Source: Chloroflexota bacterium (lineage in GTDB: Bacteria; Chloroflexota; Limnocylindria; P2-11E). Taken from it: a stretch of 64,000 bases of DNA. A program made the position numbers and the translations under genes. Under the pieces are notes generated by a model. That model saw nothing but the letters and a program-made list of their open reading frames with translations, had not been told where the DNA came from and did no database searches. Position 1 is the first letter of the stretch, and each line of letters starts with the position of its first letter. Below, piece by piece: positions 1 to 9,084 of this stretch. Location of the stretch: NCBI GenBank assembly GCA_038040265.1, contig JBBPIP010000008.1:24844-88843 (forward strand). The letters are read 5' to 3'.

Positions 1-2
1 AC

Positions 3-266
3 ACCCCCGACGTGCTCATCCAGGTGAAGGAGCTCGAGACCCTCGTCGAGAAGCTCATGCGGATCCTGGCGCACCACACCGGCCAGCCGGCGGACAAGGT
101 CCGACGCGACGTCGATCGAGACCGCTTCATGAGCGCCGAAGAGGCGAAGGAGTACGGACTCATCGACGAGATCTTCGTTGGCAAGGAGTCGCTTATCTCG
201 ATCGCCAAGTCGACCGACGAAGTGACGCGCGAGCCTGCACCTCGAGAGCCGGTGGCGGCCCGCTAG
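3..266 (+). CDS. clpP: ClpP protease proteolytic subunit, C-terminal fragment (5' end outside window)
   Basis: The frame is open from the window edge. The tail ...[40 protein letters not shown] is the conserved ClpP C-terminus. clpX starts 3 nt after the stop. Confidence 0.9.
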   Translation, partial: TPDVLIQVKELETLVEKLMRILAHHTGQPADKVRRDVDRDRFMSAEEAKEYGLIDEIFVGKESLISIAKSTDEVTREPAPREPVAAR

Positions 267-269
267 GCG

Positions 270-1544
270 ATGACAACGACCGCAAAGGGCGGCAAGCCCT
301 ACCGCTGCTCCTTCTGCGGCAAGAGCCAGGACCAGGTCCGCAAGCTCATCGCCGGCCAGGGCGTCTACATCTGCGACGAGTGCATCACGCTGTGTCGCGA
401 GATCGTCGACGAAGAGTTCATGGAGACGCCGAAGGCCAGAACTCTCGGCGCGAAGGTCCCGAGCCCTCGCCGCATCAATGAGATCCTCGACCAGTACGTC
501 ATCGGCCAGGACAAGGCGAAGCGCGTGCTCTCCGTCGCCGTGTACAACCACTACAAGCGTGTCGGCGCGGGCCACCGCGTGGACGACGTCGAGCTCGGGA
601 AGTCGAACGTGTTGCTCATCGGGCCGACCGGATGTGGCAAGACGCTTCTCGCGCAGACGCTCGCGCGCATCCTCGACGTGCCTTTCTCGATCGCCGACGC
701 GACCAGCCTCACCGAGGCGGGCTACGTCGGAGAGGATGTCGAGAACATCCTCCTTCGCCTCATCCAGGCCGCTGACTTCGACCTCAACCGCGCGCAGCGC
801 GGGATCATCTATATCGACGAGATCGACAAGATCGCGCGGAAGGGCGACAACCCCTCGATCACTCGCGACGTCTCTGGCGAGGGAGTCCAGCAGGCGCTCC
901 TGAAGATCCTCGAGGGAACCGTCGCCAACGTTCCGCCGCAGGGCGGCCGGAAGCATCCCCACCAGGACTTCATTCAGATCGACACGACAAACATCCTCTT
1001 CGTCTGCGGCGGCGCGTTCGAGGGCCTCGAGAAGATCGTCGAGGCGCGCGTCGGCAAGAAGACGATGGGCTTTGGTGCGACGCTCCGCGACAACACGAAG
1101 GAGACGTCGGCGATCCTCGAGCAGGTCATGCCCGACGATCTCCTGAAGTACGGCCTCATTCCCGAGTTCGTCGGCCGCCTTCCGGTCGTCGTGCCCTTGC
1201 AGGCGCTCGACGAGGACGACCTCATGCGGATCCTCACCGAGCCGAAGAACGCGATCGTGAAGCAGTACCAAAAGTTCCTCGCGCTCGACAAGGTCGAGCT
1301 CCAGCTCACACCCGATGCGCTTCAGGCGGCGGCAAAGGGCGCGGCGAAGCGGAAGACCGGCGCACGTGGCCTGCGGTCGATCATCGAAGAGGTCCTGCTC
1401 GATGTGATGTACGAGATCCCGTCGAGCACGAACATCCGGAAGGTCGTCGTCACCGGCGATTCCATCGAGGGTCGTATGAAGCCGCTCCTTCTCTCGAAGA
1501 ACGAGCAGATCTCGCTCGAGGGAGACGAGGCCACCGCGTCCTAG
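270..1544 (+). CDS. clpX: ATP-dependent Clp protease ATP-binding subunit ClpX
   Basis: N-terminal zinc ribbon CSFCGK...CDEC, Walker A GPTGCGKT, Walker [10 protein letters not shown], and length typical of ClpX (424 aa). Confidence 0.97.
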   Translation: MTTTAKGGKPYRCSFCGKSQDQVRKLIAGQGVYICDECITLCREIVDEEFMETPKARTLGAKVPSPRRINEILDQYVIGQDKAKRVLSVAVYNHYKRVGAGHRVDDVELGKSNVLLIGPTGCGKTLLAQTLARILDVPFSIADATSLTEAGYVGEDVENILLRLIQAADFDLNRAQRGIIYIDEIDKIARKGDNPSITRDVSGEGVQQALLKILEGTVANVPPQGGRKHPHQDFIQIDTTNILFVCGGAFEGLEKIVEARVGKKTMGFGATLRDNTKETSAILEQVMPDDLLKYGLIPEFVGRLPVVVPLQALDEDDLMRILTEPKNAIVKQYQKFLALDKVELQLTPDALQAAAKGAAKRKTGARGLRSIIEEVLLDVMYEIPSSTNIRKVVVTGDSIEGRMKPLLLSKNEQISLEGDEATAS

Positions 1545-1548
1545 CGGG

Positions 1549-1572
1549 TAGGGGCCCCTGCCCGCGAAGCGC
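1549..1572. repeat. short dispersed GGGGCCCC-core motif with GCGAAGCGC flank
   Basis: TAGGGGCCCCTGCCCGCGAAGCGC lies just after the clpX stop. Related copies are at 34251-34287, 41011-41034, 58530-58570 and the tandem array at 23268-23350. Confidence 0.6.
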
Positions 1573-1582
1573 CTCGTCACTC

Positions 1583-1945
1583 ATGCCTAAGCTCTACTAC
1601 GCATCGCCGCGCGACCTTCCCGTTATCGAGCCCCATCCAGGGGTGAAGGGACGAGTCGTACACGCGCAGCACGCCACGATGATCGTGTACGACTACACGC
1701 CGCGAACGGTCGTCGCGACCCACAAGCACGACGTCGAGCAGTTCGGCGTCGTCGTGAAGGGATCGCTCGCGATGGTCATCGCCGGCGAGCAGCGGATCCT
1801 CATGGTCGGCGACACGTTCCGCATCCCCGCCGGCACGGCGCACGGCGCTCGCGTGTTCGAGGAAGTCACCCAGGTCGTACAGGTTTTCGCGCCGGCCCGC
1901 ACCGACCTTCCGAAGCCCGGTTCTGACGGAGCCGCCAGGCCCTAA
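1583..1945 (+). CDS. cupin domain protein
   Basis: 120 aa with a cupin-like core (HKHDVEQFGVVVKG...FRIPAGTAHGA). Confidence 0.7.
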   Translation: MPKLYYASPRDLPVIEPHPGVKGRVVHAQHATMIVYDYTPRTVVATHKHDVEQFGVVVKGSLAMVIAGEQRILMVGDTFRIPAGTAHGARVFEEVTQVVQVFAPARTDLPKPGSDGAARP

Positions 1946-2017
1946 CCCCCGGCGACGCCCGATTGCGACCGGCTCTGATACTTCCCAGGCAAGCGGCCTA
2001 CCTATCGTTCGCGCCCG

Positions 2018-5000
2018 ATGCGGGGAGTATTTCCGCGCGATCCGCTGCTCCTGGGCCGTTTGGGTGCATGCCTCGGAGCGGTCGCCTGGCTCTGGCTCGG
2101 TGGGCAGGGAATCGTCCCACTCGCCGCCGCCGCGCTCCTCCTTCTCCTCGCCACATCCGCTCGGGTCTGGTCGCTCGATCGGCGACGCGGTCAGGCCCTG
2201 CCTCTGAACGAGGTCCCGACGTACGTGGTCATCGCCGACCTCGTCACCGCCGGCGTATGGATGGTCGCCAGCGCGACGAATCTGCGGAGCATCGCATTCG
2301 TCATCGTTCTGGCAGTCGGAGCGTTCGCGATGTACCGGCTCGGACGCGCGGGACTCATCGCCGCCATGACGACCTACCTCTCCGCGCGGCTCTTCATGGA
2401 GGCGCTGCGGATGACGATGGGCGAACCCACGCCCACACCACAGCTCGTCGCCGAGGCTTTCATTGTCGGGATCGCGGTGCTGATCCTCTCGGCGACGGTC
2501 GACAGCTACCGGGCGGAGCAGACCAGGGCCGAGAACGCGCTCCGCAGGGGAAAGACCCTCGAGCGCCTTGCCACCGAGATCGCATCAGAGACGGAGCCGA
2601 TGGCGCTCTTCCGAACGATCGCTCGGAGCGCCCTGCTTCTTGCGAACGCGCACCACGCCACCATCAACGTCCGTCGCGGAGAGGAGTTCTACATCGCGGC
2701 AGGCTCGGGCACGGGCGAGCGGGTCGTCGGCGTCCACGCCCCCGCCGAGATGGGCATCGTCGGCGCCGTGCTGCGGACCCGCGCGACCGTCGTCGTCGAC
2801 GACTACGCGGCCGACGCGACGGCGGTCCCGGCGGTCCGCGACATCGGCATCCGAGCGCTCATCGGCGTCCCCATCTTTCTCCACGGCGAGTTCGCGGCGA
2901 CAATCACCGTTGGCCGACTCGATCTGCGTCCCTTCGACGCCGAGGATCGCGCCGCTCTCGAGGGACTCGCCTCCCACGCTTCGATCGCGCTTCGCAACGC
3001 GCGGATCATCGAGCAGGGCCGCCGTCTGGAAACGCTCTCGCGTGAGCTCTCTGGAGCCATGCCGGAGGACGTCATCGATCGGATCGCCCAGGCGATGCGG
3101 GCGGTCTTCGACCTCGAATGGGTCGTCATCACGGAGCTCAAGGGCGACCTCGGCAGGCCGCTCGCCGCGCTCGGCAAGGCCGCTCCGGCGCGCGACCACG
3201 GCTGGATGCCACTCGGCCCACTTCTGCGCCAGGTGGTCGCCGCGCGCGAGCTCGTCCTTCTCCGCGACTACGAGAGCGATCACGGCATCGAGCCCAAGCG
3301 GCCGATCAGCATGCTCGCCCGCGACCTGGGCGTGCACGCCATGATGGTCGCCCCGGTCATCTTCGAAGGCGAGATCCGTGCAGCGCTCACCGTCGGCACG
3401 ACCGATCCTTATCGATCGTTCGACGCGATCGAGCGCCAGGAGCTGCTCGCCTTTGCGGATCTCGCCGCGAGCGCGCTCCGCGCGGCGAACGAGCGCAGCG
3501 AGCGGGAGCGACGGATCGGGCGGCTCTCGGCGCTGAACGTCCTCGCGTGGGAGCTCGCGGCGGTATACGAGCCGTTCGCGATCGCCAAGCTGGCGTTCGA
3601 CGCCGCCGCGACGCTGGTGCGACGCGATCTCTTCTCGATCGCGCGCTATGACGAACGCACCAACGAGCTCGAGTTCGTCTTGGAGGGGCGCGGCGGCGAA
3701 GCCGCGGCGGGGGAGACGCAACTCCCGCTCGGATCCGGCCCGACGAGCGAGGTCGTGCTCTCCGGCGAGCCGTACCGCACTCCGATTGCGGTGCATCTTC
3801 CGATGAAGAGCCGCGGTCAGCTCGTCGGAGTGCTGGCCTGCGGGACCGATGCGCCGGGTGTGCTCGACGACGAGGACGTCGCCGTGCTGCAGACGCTCGC
3901 GAACCTGGTCGCGACCGCCTTCGAGAACGCCGGCGCCCTCGCTCGGATGCGCGAGCTCTACCTCGCCTCGGTACGCGCGCTCGCTGCCGCCGTCGACGCG
4001 CGAGACCCCTACACGCGCAGCCACTCCGCGCGCGTCGCGGCCCTCGCGCGTGTGATCGCCGAGGAGATGCAGCTCAGTGCCGACCAGGTGCGTCGCGTCC
4101 AGCTCGGCGCGCTCCTCCACGACATCGGCAAGATCGGCGTGCCGGACGCGATCCTCAACAAACCCGGAGCGCTCTCGCCCGACGAGTGGGTGATCATGCG
4201 CAGCCACTCGATGCTCGGCGCGTCGATCGTGAACGCCGTCGAGCCGCTGCGCGACCTCGTGCCGATCGTGCGAATGCACCACGAGCGCTACGACGGAGCC
4301 GGGTACCCCGATGCGCTCGGTGGCGACCTCGTCCCCATCGAGGCCTACGTGGTGGCGGCCGCGGACGCCTTCGAGGTCATCGTCAGCCGTCGTGCCTACA
4401 AACCTGCGCAGACCGTCGAGCACGCCTGTGCCGAGCTGCTCCGGTGTCGTGGGACGCAGTTCCACCCTGCGGTAGTCGACTCGTTCCTGCGGCTCATCGA
4501 GCGCGATCGTGCCCAGGGCGCGACGCAGCTCCGCCGCATCGCTGGGATCCTCCAGGAAGACATCGAGGACGTGCCGGGGCCGGGCGTTCTGCTGGAGCAA
4601 TTCGCGGCCAGCGCACAGACCCACGGCCGTCAGCTGGCGATCCTCCAGCGACTCGCGTCGGAGATCAGCGCCGTTCTGGACATCGACGAGCTCGCCGAGC
4701 GGCTCCTTCGGATCATCTGCGACGCCATGGACTACGAGAACGGGTTCCTGCTCACGCTCGACGACGCCGGCGACCACCTCGTGATCCGAGCGGCGGTCGG
4801 CCCGTCGAGGTCGTACGTCGGCCAGCGCCTACCTCGAGGTCAGGGGATCAGCTGGTGGGTCGTCGAGCACGGCGAGCTGCAGAACGTCGCCGATGGGCGC
4901 CTGGATTCTCGCTTCTATGGCCCCGGCGAGATCCGCTCCGTCCTCAGCGTCCCCCTGCAGCTTGGCGACGAGCGCATCGGTGCGCTCGGCGTCGAAAGCC

Positions 5001-5581
5001 CCCGCGTCGCAGCGTTCGGCCGGGAGGATGAGGAGCTTCTCACCGCGGTATCGCACCAGGTCGCCGCGGCGGTGCGAGTGGCGAAGCTGCACCAGGCGGC
5101 GAAGGTCGCCGCGGCCACGGACCCGCTGACCGGCCTTCCGAACCGGCGGAGCTTCTTCGAGCGTCTCGACCGCGAGCTGGCGGCACGCGACGGCGCAGCG
5201 CTTTCGGTCGCGATCGTCGACGCGAACGGGCTCAAGGCTCTGAACGACGGCTTCGGCCACGCGGCGGGCGACGAGGCGCTCGTGCGGGTCGGCTCGATCC
5301 TGCAGGCGGGAGTCCGGGAGGGCGACCTCGTGGCCCGCATCGGCGGGGACGAGTTCGCGGTCCTGTTCGCGGGCACGCCCATCCTGACGGCCGAGCGGAT
5401 CGTCCGGCGCCTCGCCGAGCGGGTGGAGCACAGCACCCTCGGGGTGGGCCACCGCATGCCCACGATCGCCTGGGGGGTGGCCGACGCGACCGGCGAGGCG
5501 ACCGTGGATGCCCTGGTCGAGGCGGCGGATCGGGCCATGTATCGGCAGAAGCAGCTCACGCGCAGACGAACCCCGGCCTAG
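2018..5581 (+). CDS. membrane-anchored multi-GAF / HD-GYP / GGDEF c-di-GMP signalling protein
   Basis: 1187 aa. Hydrophobic N-terminus, several GAF-like blocks, HD-GYP motif (HDIGKIGVP...HHERYDGAGYP), a further GAF block, and a C-terminal GGDEF domain (RIGGDEFAVLF) with RxxD (REGD) five residues upstream. Confidence 0.85.
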   Translation: MRGVFPRDPLLLGRLGACLGAVAWLWLGGQGIVPLAAAALLLLLATSARVWSLDRRRGQALPLNEVPTYVVIADLVTAGVWMVASATNLRSIAFVIVLAVGAFAMYRLGRAGLIAAMTTYLSARLFMEALRMTMGEPTPTPQLVAEAFIVGIAVLILSATVDSYRAEQTRAENALRRGKTLERLATEIASETEPMALFRTIARSALLLANAHHATINVRRGEEFYIAAGSGTGERVVGVHAPAEMGIVGAVLRTRATVVVDDYAADATAVPAVRDIGIRALIGVPIFLHGEFAATITVGRLDLRPFDAEDRAALEGLASHASIALRNARIIEQGRRLETLSRELSGAMPEDVIDRIAQAMRAVFDLEWVVITELKGDLGRPLAALGKAAPARDHGWMPLGPLLRQVVAARELVLLRDYESDHGIEPKRPISMLARDLGVHAMMVAPVIFEGEIRAALTVGTTDPYRSFDAIERQELLAFADLAASALRAANERSERERRIGRLSALNVLAWELAAVYEPFAIAKLAFDAAATLVRRDLFSIARYDERTNELEFVLEGRGGEAAAGETQLPLGSGPTSEVVLSGEPYRTPIAVHLPMKSRGQLVGVLACGTDAPGVLDDEDVAVLQTLANLVATAFENAGALARMRELYLASVRALAAAVDARDPYTRSHSARVAALARVIAEEMQLSADQVRRVQLGALLHDIGKIGVPDAILNKPGALSPDEWVIMRSHSMLGASIVNAVEPLRDLVPIVRMHHERYDGAGYPDALGGDLVPIEAYVVAAADAFEVIVSRRAYKPAQTVEHACAELLRCRGTQFHPAVVDSFLRLIERDRAQGATQLRRIAGILQEDIEDVPGPGVLLEQFAASAQTHGRQLAILQRLASEISAVLDIDELAERLLRIICDAMDYENGFLLTLDDAGDHLVIRAAVGPSRSYVGQRLPRGQGISWWVVEHGELQNVADGRLDSRFYGPGEIRSVLSVPLQLGDERIGALGVESPRVAAFGREDEELLTAVSHQVAAAVRVAKLHQAAKVAAATDPLTGLPNRRSFFERLDRELAARDGAALSVAIVDANGLKALNDGFGHAAGDEALVRVGSILQAGVREGDLVARIGGDEFAVLFAGTPILTAERIVRRLAERVEHSTLGVGHRMPTIAWGVADATGEATVDALVEAADRAMYRQKQLTRRRTPA

Positions 5582-5652
5582 CGCTCGCCCGCCCGTTTCC
5601 TGCACGGCATCGGTCCTGCACCCATCATGGGATGCAGTGGGGAGCCGCAATA

Positions 5653-5966
5653 TCTTGTTGCGCGTTGGTTTGGCCCTATCGATCGTCTTTGTGGCGATCG
5701 GACTGACCTTCACCGCGCCGAACAGCTTCGGTCGCGTCGACGAGACCGCGGCCGCTCCGGCCGTCTCGGTGGCGCCGGTGGTCGCGGGATATCAGGCCGC
5801 ACCACTGTCGGCTGACCGCGTTGCCGCGCCGAGCGCGTCGACCGCGTCGACTGAGCAGGCCGCAACCCTGATCGCGCTCGCGACGACCGTCGTACTGCTC
5901 GCGATCTTCGTTATCCTGTTCAGCTACTGGCCGCGACCGGGAGGAGTACGGGCCTCACACCGATAG
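5653..5966 (+). CDS. small hypothetical membrane protein (start uncertain)
   Basis: In-frame part of ORF 5508..5966 downstream of the previous gene's stop. TTG start preceded by GGGGAG. Two hydrophobic helices flank an Ala/Pro/Ser-rich linker. No recognisable family. Confidence 0.3.
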
Positions 5967-6137
5967 AGAAGGCGCCCAACTGGTGAAAGGGTGCCGCGCG
6001 AGAGGTTCGGAAGGTCGCCCGCGAGCCGGATCGGGTCCGCCCGTTAGAGCGGGTATGAGGCACGGAGCAGTTCCGTGCGAAGCCAGGGTGGTACCACGAC
6101 GCCGCTCGTCCTTGGACGAGGCGGCGTTTTTGTTTGG
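5965..6137 (+). promoter_or_regulatory. T-box leader (tRNA-sensing riboswitch) controlling valS
   Basis: AGAGA motif at 5965, GGUGAAA distal-loop motif (~5982), candidate Val specifier GUC (GGAAGGUCG ~6020), F-box CCGUUA (~6050), stem III hairpin CACGGA-GCAG-UUCCGUG (6061-6077), T-box sequence AGGGUGGUACCACG (6086-6098), and a terminator. Confidence 0.85.
6101..6137 (+). terminator. intrinsic terminator of the T-box leader
   Basis: GCCGCUCGUCC-UUGG-ACGAGGCGGC hairpin followed by UUUUUGUUU. Its 5' arm overlaps the T-box antiterminator sequence. Confidence 0.75.
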
Positions 6138-6157
6138 CAAGAAGGAGGTATGACCTG

Positions 6158-8836
6158 ATGGCGAAGACGATCGAAAGCCCACCCCAGTCCGCGCTCGATC
6201 TCGCGGAAAGGAACTTCCGCCCGGCCGCCGTCGAGGCCGACCTCTACGGCTGGTGGGAGCGGAGCGGCTTCTTCACGCCCGACGAAGGAAGCAAGACGAA
6301 GCCCTTCGTCATGATGCTGCCGCTCCCAAACATCACCGGCGATCTGCACCTCGGGCACGCGCTCGGGTTCGGCGGATACGAAGACCTCATGGCCCGTTAC
6401 CACCGCATGCGCGGCGAGCCGACGCTCTATATGCCTGGCACCGACCACGCGGGGATCATCGCGCAGGTCGTGGTCGAGAAGGAGCTCGCGAAGGAGGGCA
6501 TCACCAGGCAGCAGCTGGGCCGCGAGAAGTTCCTCGAAGAGATGTGGAAGTGGATGGACCACTACCGCCCGCGCATCGAGAAGCAGCTACGCATGCTCGG
6601 ATGTTCTCTCGACTGGTCGCGCCCGAATTTCACGATGGAGCCCTCGAAGCAGCGAGCGGTCCGTACGCACTTCATCCGCCTGCACAAGAAGGGTCATCTC
6701 TACCGCGCCGATCGGATCGTGCACTGGTGCCTGAAAGATCAGACGACGTACTCCGATCTCGAGGTGAACCACATCACACGGACCGACACGCTCTATTACG
6801 TCCGCTATCCGTGGGCGGAGCCGATGCCGCCGGGAACCCCGGACGTGATCGTCGCGACGACCCGTCCGGAAACGATCGTGGCCGACGTCGCGGTCGCGGT
6901 GCATCCGGACGACGAGCGGTGGAAGGCACATGTCGGAAAAGAGGTGTTGGTCCCCGCTGTCGAGCGGAGGGTGAAGATCATCGCCGACGAGGCGGTTGAC
7001 CCGAACTTTGGAACGGGCGCGCTCAAGATCACCCCTGGCCACGATCAGACCGACTTCGAGATCGGGCAGCGCCATGGCCTGCCTGTGCTTTCCGTCATCG
7101 ATAAGCGCGGGATGATGACGCCGGCCGCGGGCCCACTCGCCGGTCCGGACCGCGAGGCCGGCCGCAAGATGATGGTCGAGAAGCTGCGCGCTTCCGGGCT
7201 GCTCGTGAAAGAAGAGCCGATCACCCACGCGGTCGCGGTGCATGACCGCTGCGGCACCGTGGATGAGCCGCTCGTGCTGAAGCAGTGGTGGGTGCGGATG
7301 GACCGGCTCGCGCCGCCGGCGACCCTGGCCGTTCGAAGTGGCCGTATCACCATCGTGCCGAAGTACCAGGAGAAGGTCTATTTCAACTGGATGGAGAACA
7401 TCCGCGACTGGCCGGTGTCGCGGCAGATCTGGTGGGGCCACTCCATCCCGGCGTGGTACTGCCGCGATTGCGACAACGTGATCGTCCCCGACGAGGAAGC
7501 GCCGGACCCGGCGCGCTGCACGCGCTGCCGCAGCGACGACATCTATCAGGACCCGGACGTGCTCGACACGTGGTTCTCGTCAGGGCTGTGGCCGTTCAGC
7601 ACGCTCGGATGGCCGGACAAGACGTCCGACCTCAAGCGGTACTACCCCGGATCCGTGCTCGAGACCGGCTACGACATCCTGTTCTTCTGGGTGGCCCGCA
7701 TGATCATGCTCGGCCTCGAGCACATGGGAGAGATCCCATTCGAAACCGTGTACCTGCACGGTCTCGTCCGTGTAGGCACGGTCAAGATGAGCAAGTCGCT
7801 GGGCAATGTGGTGAGCCCGGTCGAATTCATCAACGAATACGGAGCCGACGCGTTGCGCTACGCGCTAGTGCACGGGATCGCTGCGGGCGCAGATTCGCAG
7901 CTCTCGCAGAACAAGCTCGACCATGCGCGCAACTTCGCGAACAAGCTCTGGAACATCAGCCGCTTCGTGCTGAAGGCGATGGACGAGCATCCGGAGGCGT
8001 TCAAAGGACACACCGCCGATCGGCGGCCGAAGCCGGAGGGTGAGGCCGCGCGCTGGATCCTCTCCCGCACCGACGCGGCGATCGCCGAGGCCACGCGACT
8101 CATCGATGGGTACCTCTTCGGCGAGTACCTCGTGGCGCTCGAGAGCTTCATCTGGAGTGAGTTCGCCGACTTCTACGTCGAGCTGGCGAAGCCCTCGCTC
8201 CGGGGTGCCGATGCCGCGGAGGCGGTGCGCACGCTCGCATACGTCCTCGACCGGGTGCTTCGACTCCTGCACCCATCCATGCCGTTCATCACCGAGACGG
8301 TCGCGTTGCAGGTCTGGCAGCGCGCCGGCAAATCCGATGAGGCGCCGTCGCTCGTCGTTTCGGAGTGGCCGAAAGCCGGGCAGCGCGACCCCGTGCTGGA
8401 GGAGCGGTTCGGCGCGTTCATCGACGTGGTCCGGGCGATCCGCAACACGCGACAGGAAGGCGGGATCGATCCATCCGCGCGCGCGAATGTCTCGCTTGCC
8501 GGCGAGACCGCGGCCGTGCGCGATCTCCTGAAGCAGATCGGAGAGCTGACCCACAGCGAGGTGACGATCGGCAAAGGCGAGGGCACCGCGACAGTGGTGC
8601 GTGCGATCGAGATCCGGCTCGTGGTCGAGCGAGACGAGGCGGAGGAGAAGGAGAGGCTCGAGCGAGACCTCGATGAAGCGCGACAGATGCTGCAGCGGTC
8701 GCGCGACCTTCTTGCGAAACCCGGCTTCGCCGACAAGGCGCCCGCCGAAGTCGTCGCGAAAGAGAAAGCAAGACTCAAAGAGCGCGAGGAGCGCCTGAAG
8801 CTCCTCGAAGCCGAACTGAAGAGGCGCCGGAGCTAA
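6158..8836 (+). CDS. valS: valine--tRNA ligase
   Basis: HIGH-type motif (PNITGDLHLGHA), KMSKS present, C-terminal coiled coil. I chose the ATG at 6158 with RBS GAAGGAGG (6141-6148), not the TTG at 6134 that lies inside the terminator. Confidence 0.97.
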   Translation: MAKTIESPPQSALDLAERNFRPAAVEADLYGWWERSGFFTPDEGSKTKPFVMMLPLPNITGDLHLGHALGFGGYEDLMARYHRMRGEPTLYMPGTDHAGIIAQVVVEKELAKEGITRQQLGREKFLEEMWKWMDHYRPRIEKQLRMLGCSLDWSRPNFTMEPSKQRAVRTHFIRLHKKGHLYRADRIVHWCLKDQTTYSDLEVNHITRTDTLYYVRYPWAEPMPPGTPDVIVATTRPETIVADVAVAVHPDDERWKAHVGKEVLVPAVERRVKIIADEAVDPNFGTGALKITPGHDQTDFEIGQRHGLPVLSVIDKRGMMTPAAGPLAGPDREAGRKMMVEKLRASGLLVKEEPITHAVAVHDRCGTVDEPLVLKQWWVRMDRLAPPATLAVRSGRITIVPKYQEKVYFNWMENIRDWPVSRQIWWGHSIPAWYCRDCDNVIVPDEEAPDPARCTRCRSDDIYQDPDVLDTWFSSGLWPFSTLGWPDKTSDLKRYYPGSVLETGYDILFFWVARMIMLGLEHMGEIPFETVYLHGLVRVGTVKMSKSLGNVVSPVEFINEYGADALRYALVHGIAAGADSQLSQNKLDHARNFANKLWNISRFVLKAMDEHPEAFKGHTADRRPKPEGEAARWILSRTDAAIAEATRLIDGYLFGEYLVALESFIWSEFADFYVELAKPSLRGADAAEAVRTLAYVLDRVLRLLHPSMPFITETVALQVWQRAGKSDEAPSLVVSEWPKAGQRDPVLEERFGAFIDVVRAIRNTRQEGGIDPSARANVSLAGETAAVRDLLKQIGELTHSEVTIGKGEGTATVVRAIEIRLVVERDEAEEKERLERDLDEARQMLQRSRDLLAKPGFADKAPAEVVAKEKARLKEREERLKLLEAELKRRRS

Positions 8837-8863
8837 CGGCGAGTCGAATCAGAGAGATTCGGA

Positions 8864-8992
8864 GCGGGTGGCACGGGGACCGGGGGTTGCTCGCGAGCGT
8901 CCATCCGGCGGCGTCATGGAGGACGGGGCGAAACACGCGCGGAGCCGACCGGTAGCGAGTGAGCAATCCCGGTCCCCGGGACAGGACCCGCG
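8864..8992. repeat. ~130-bp GC-rich palindromic intergenic element, copy A
   Basis: Starts GCGGGTGGCACGG and ends CCGGGACAGGACCCGCG. Internal long imperfect hairpin (GGGGACCGGG 8875-8884 pairs with CCCGGTCCCC 8968-8977). The terminal motif is repeated again at 8997-9012. Same termini as copy B in inverse orientation. Confidence 0.6.
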
Positions 8993-9027
8993 TCAACCGG
9001 GACAGGACCCGCCCCGCCATGTCGCAA

Positions 9028-9066
9028 CGAAAAGCGCCGGAGCCCTCACGGCCCCGGCGCTTCTTC
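9028..9066. terminator. bidirectional hairpin terminator between convergent valS and the ABC operon
   Basis: GCGCCGG (9034-9040) pairs with CCGGCGC (9054-9060), flanked by A-run/T-run (CGAAAA ... TTCTTC). Confidence 0.6.
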
Positions 9067-9084
9067 AGTTACGTGATCGAGGAG

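Noticed and set aside
2585-4777. 730-aa minus-strand ORF antisense to the GAF/HD-GYP gene, plus other long Arg/Ala/Pro-rich shadow ORFs (for example 1963..3045, 4829..5713, 12719..13651, 13500..14657, 34468..36900, 39287..40807, 41649..42818)
   Set aside because: No recognisable motifs, biased R/A/P/G composition, and complete overlap with confidently identified genes on the other strand or frame. These are typical high-GC antisense artefacts.
5627-5815. 62-aa ORF MGCSGEPQYLV...
   Set aside because: It overlaps the more plausible membrane-protein frame (5653..5966), is Arg/Gly-rich and has no motif.
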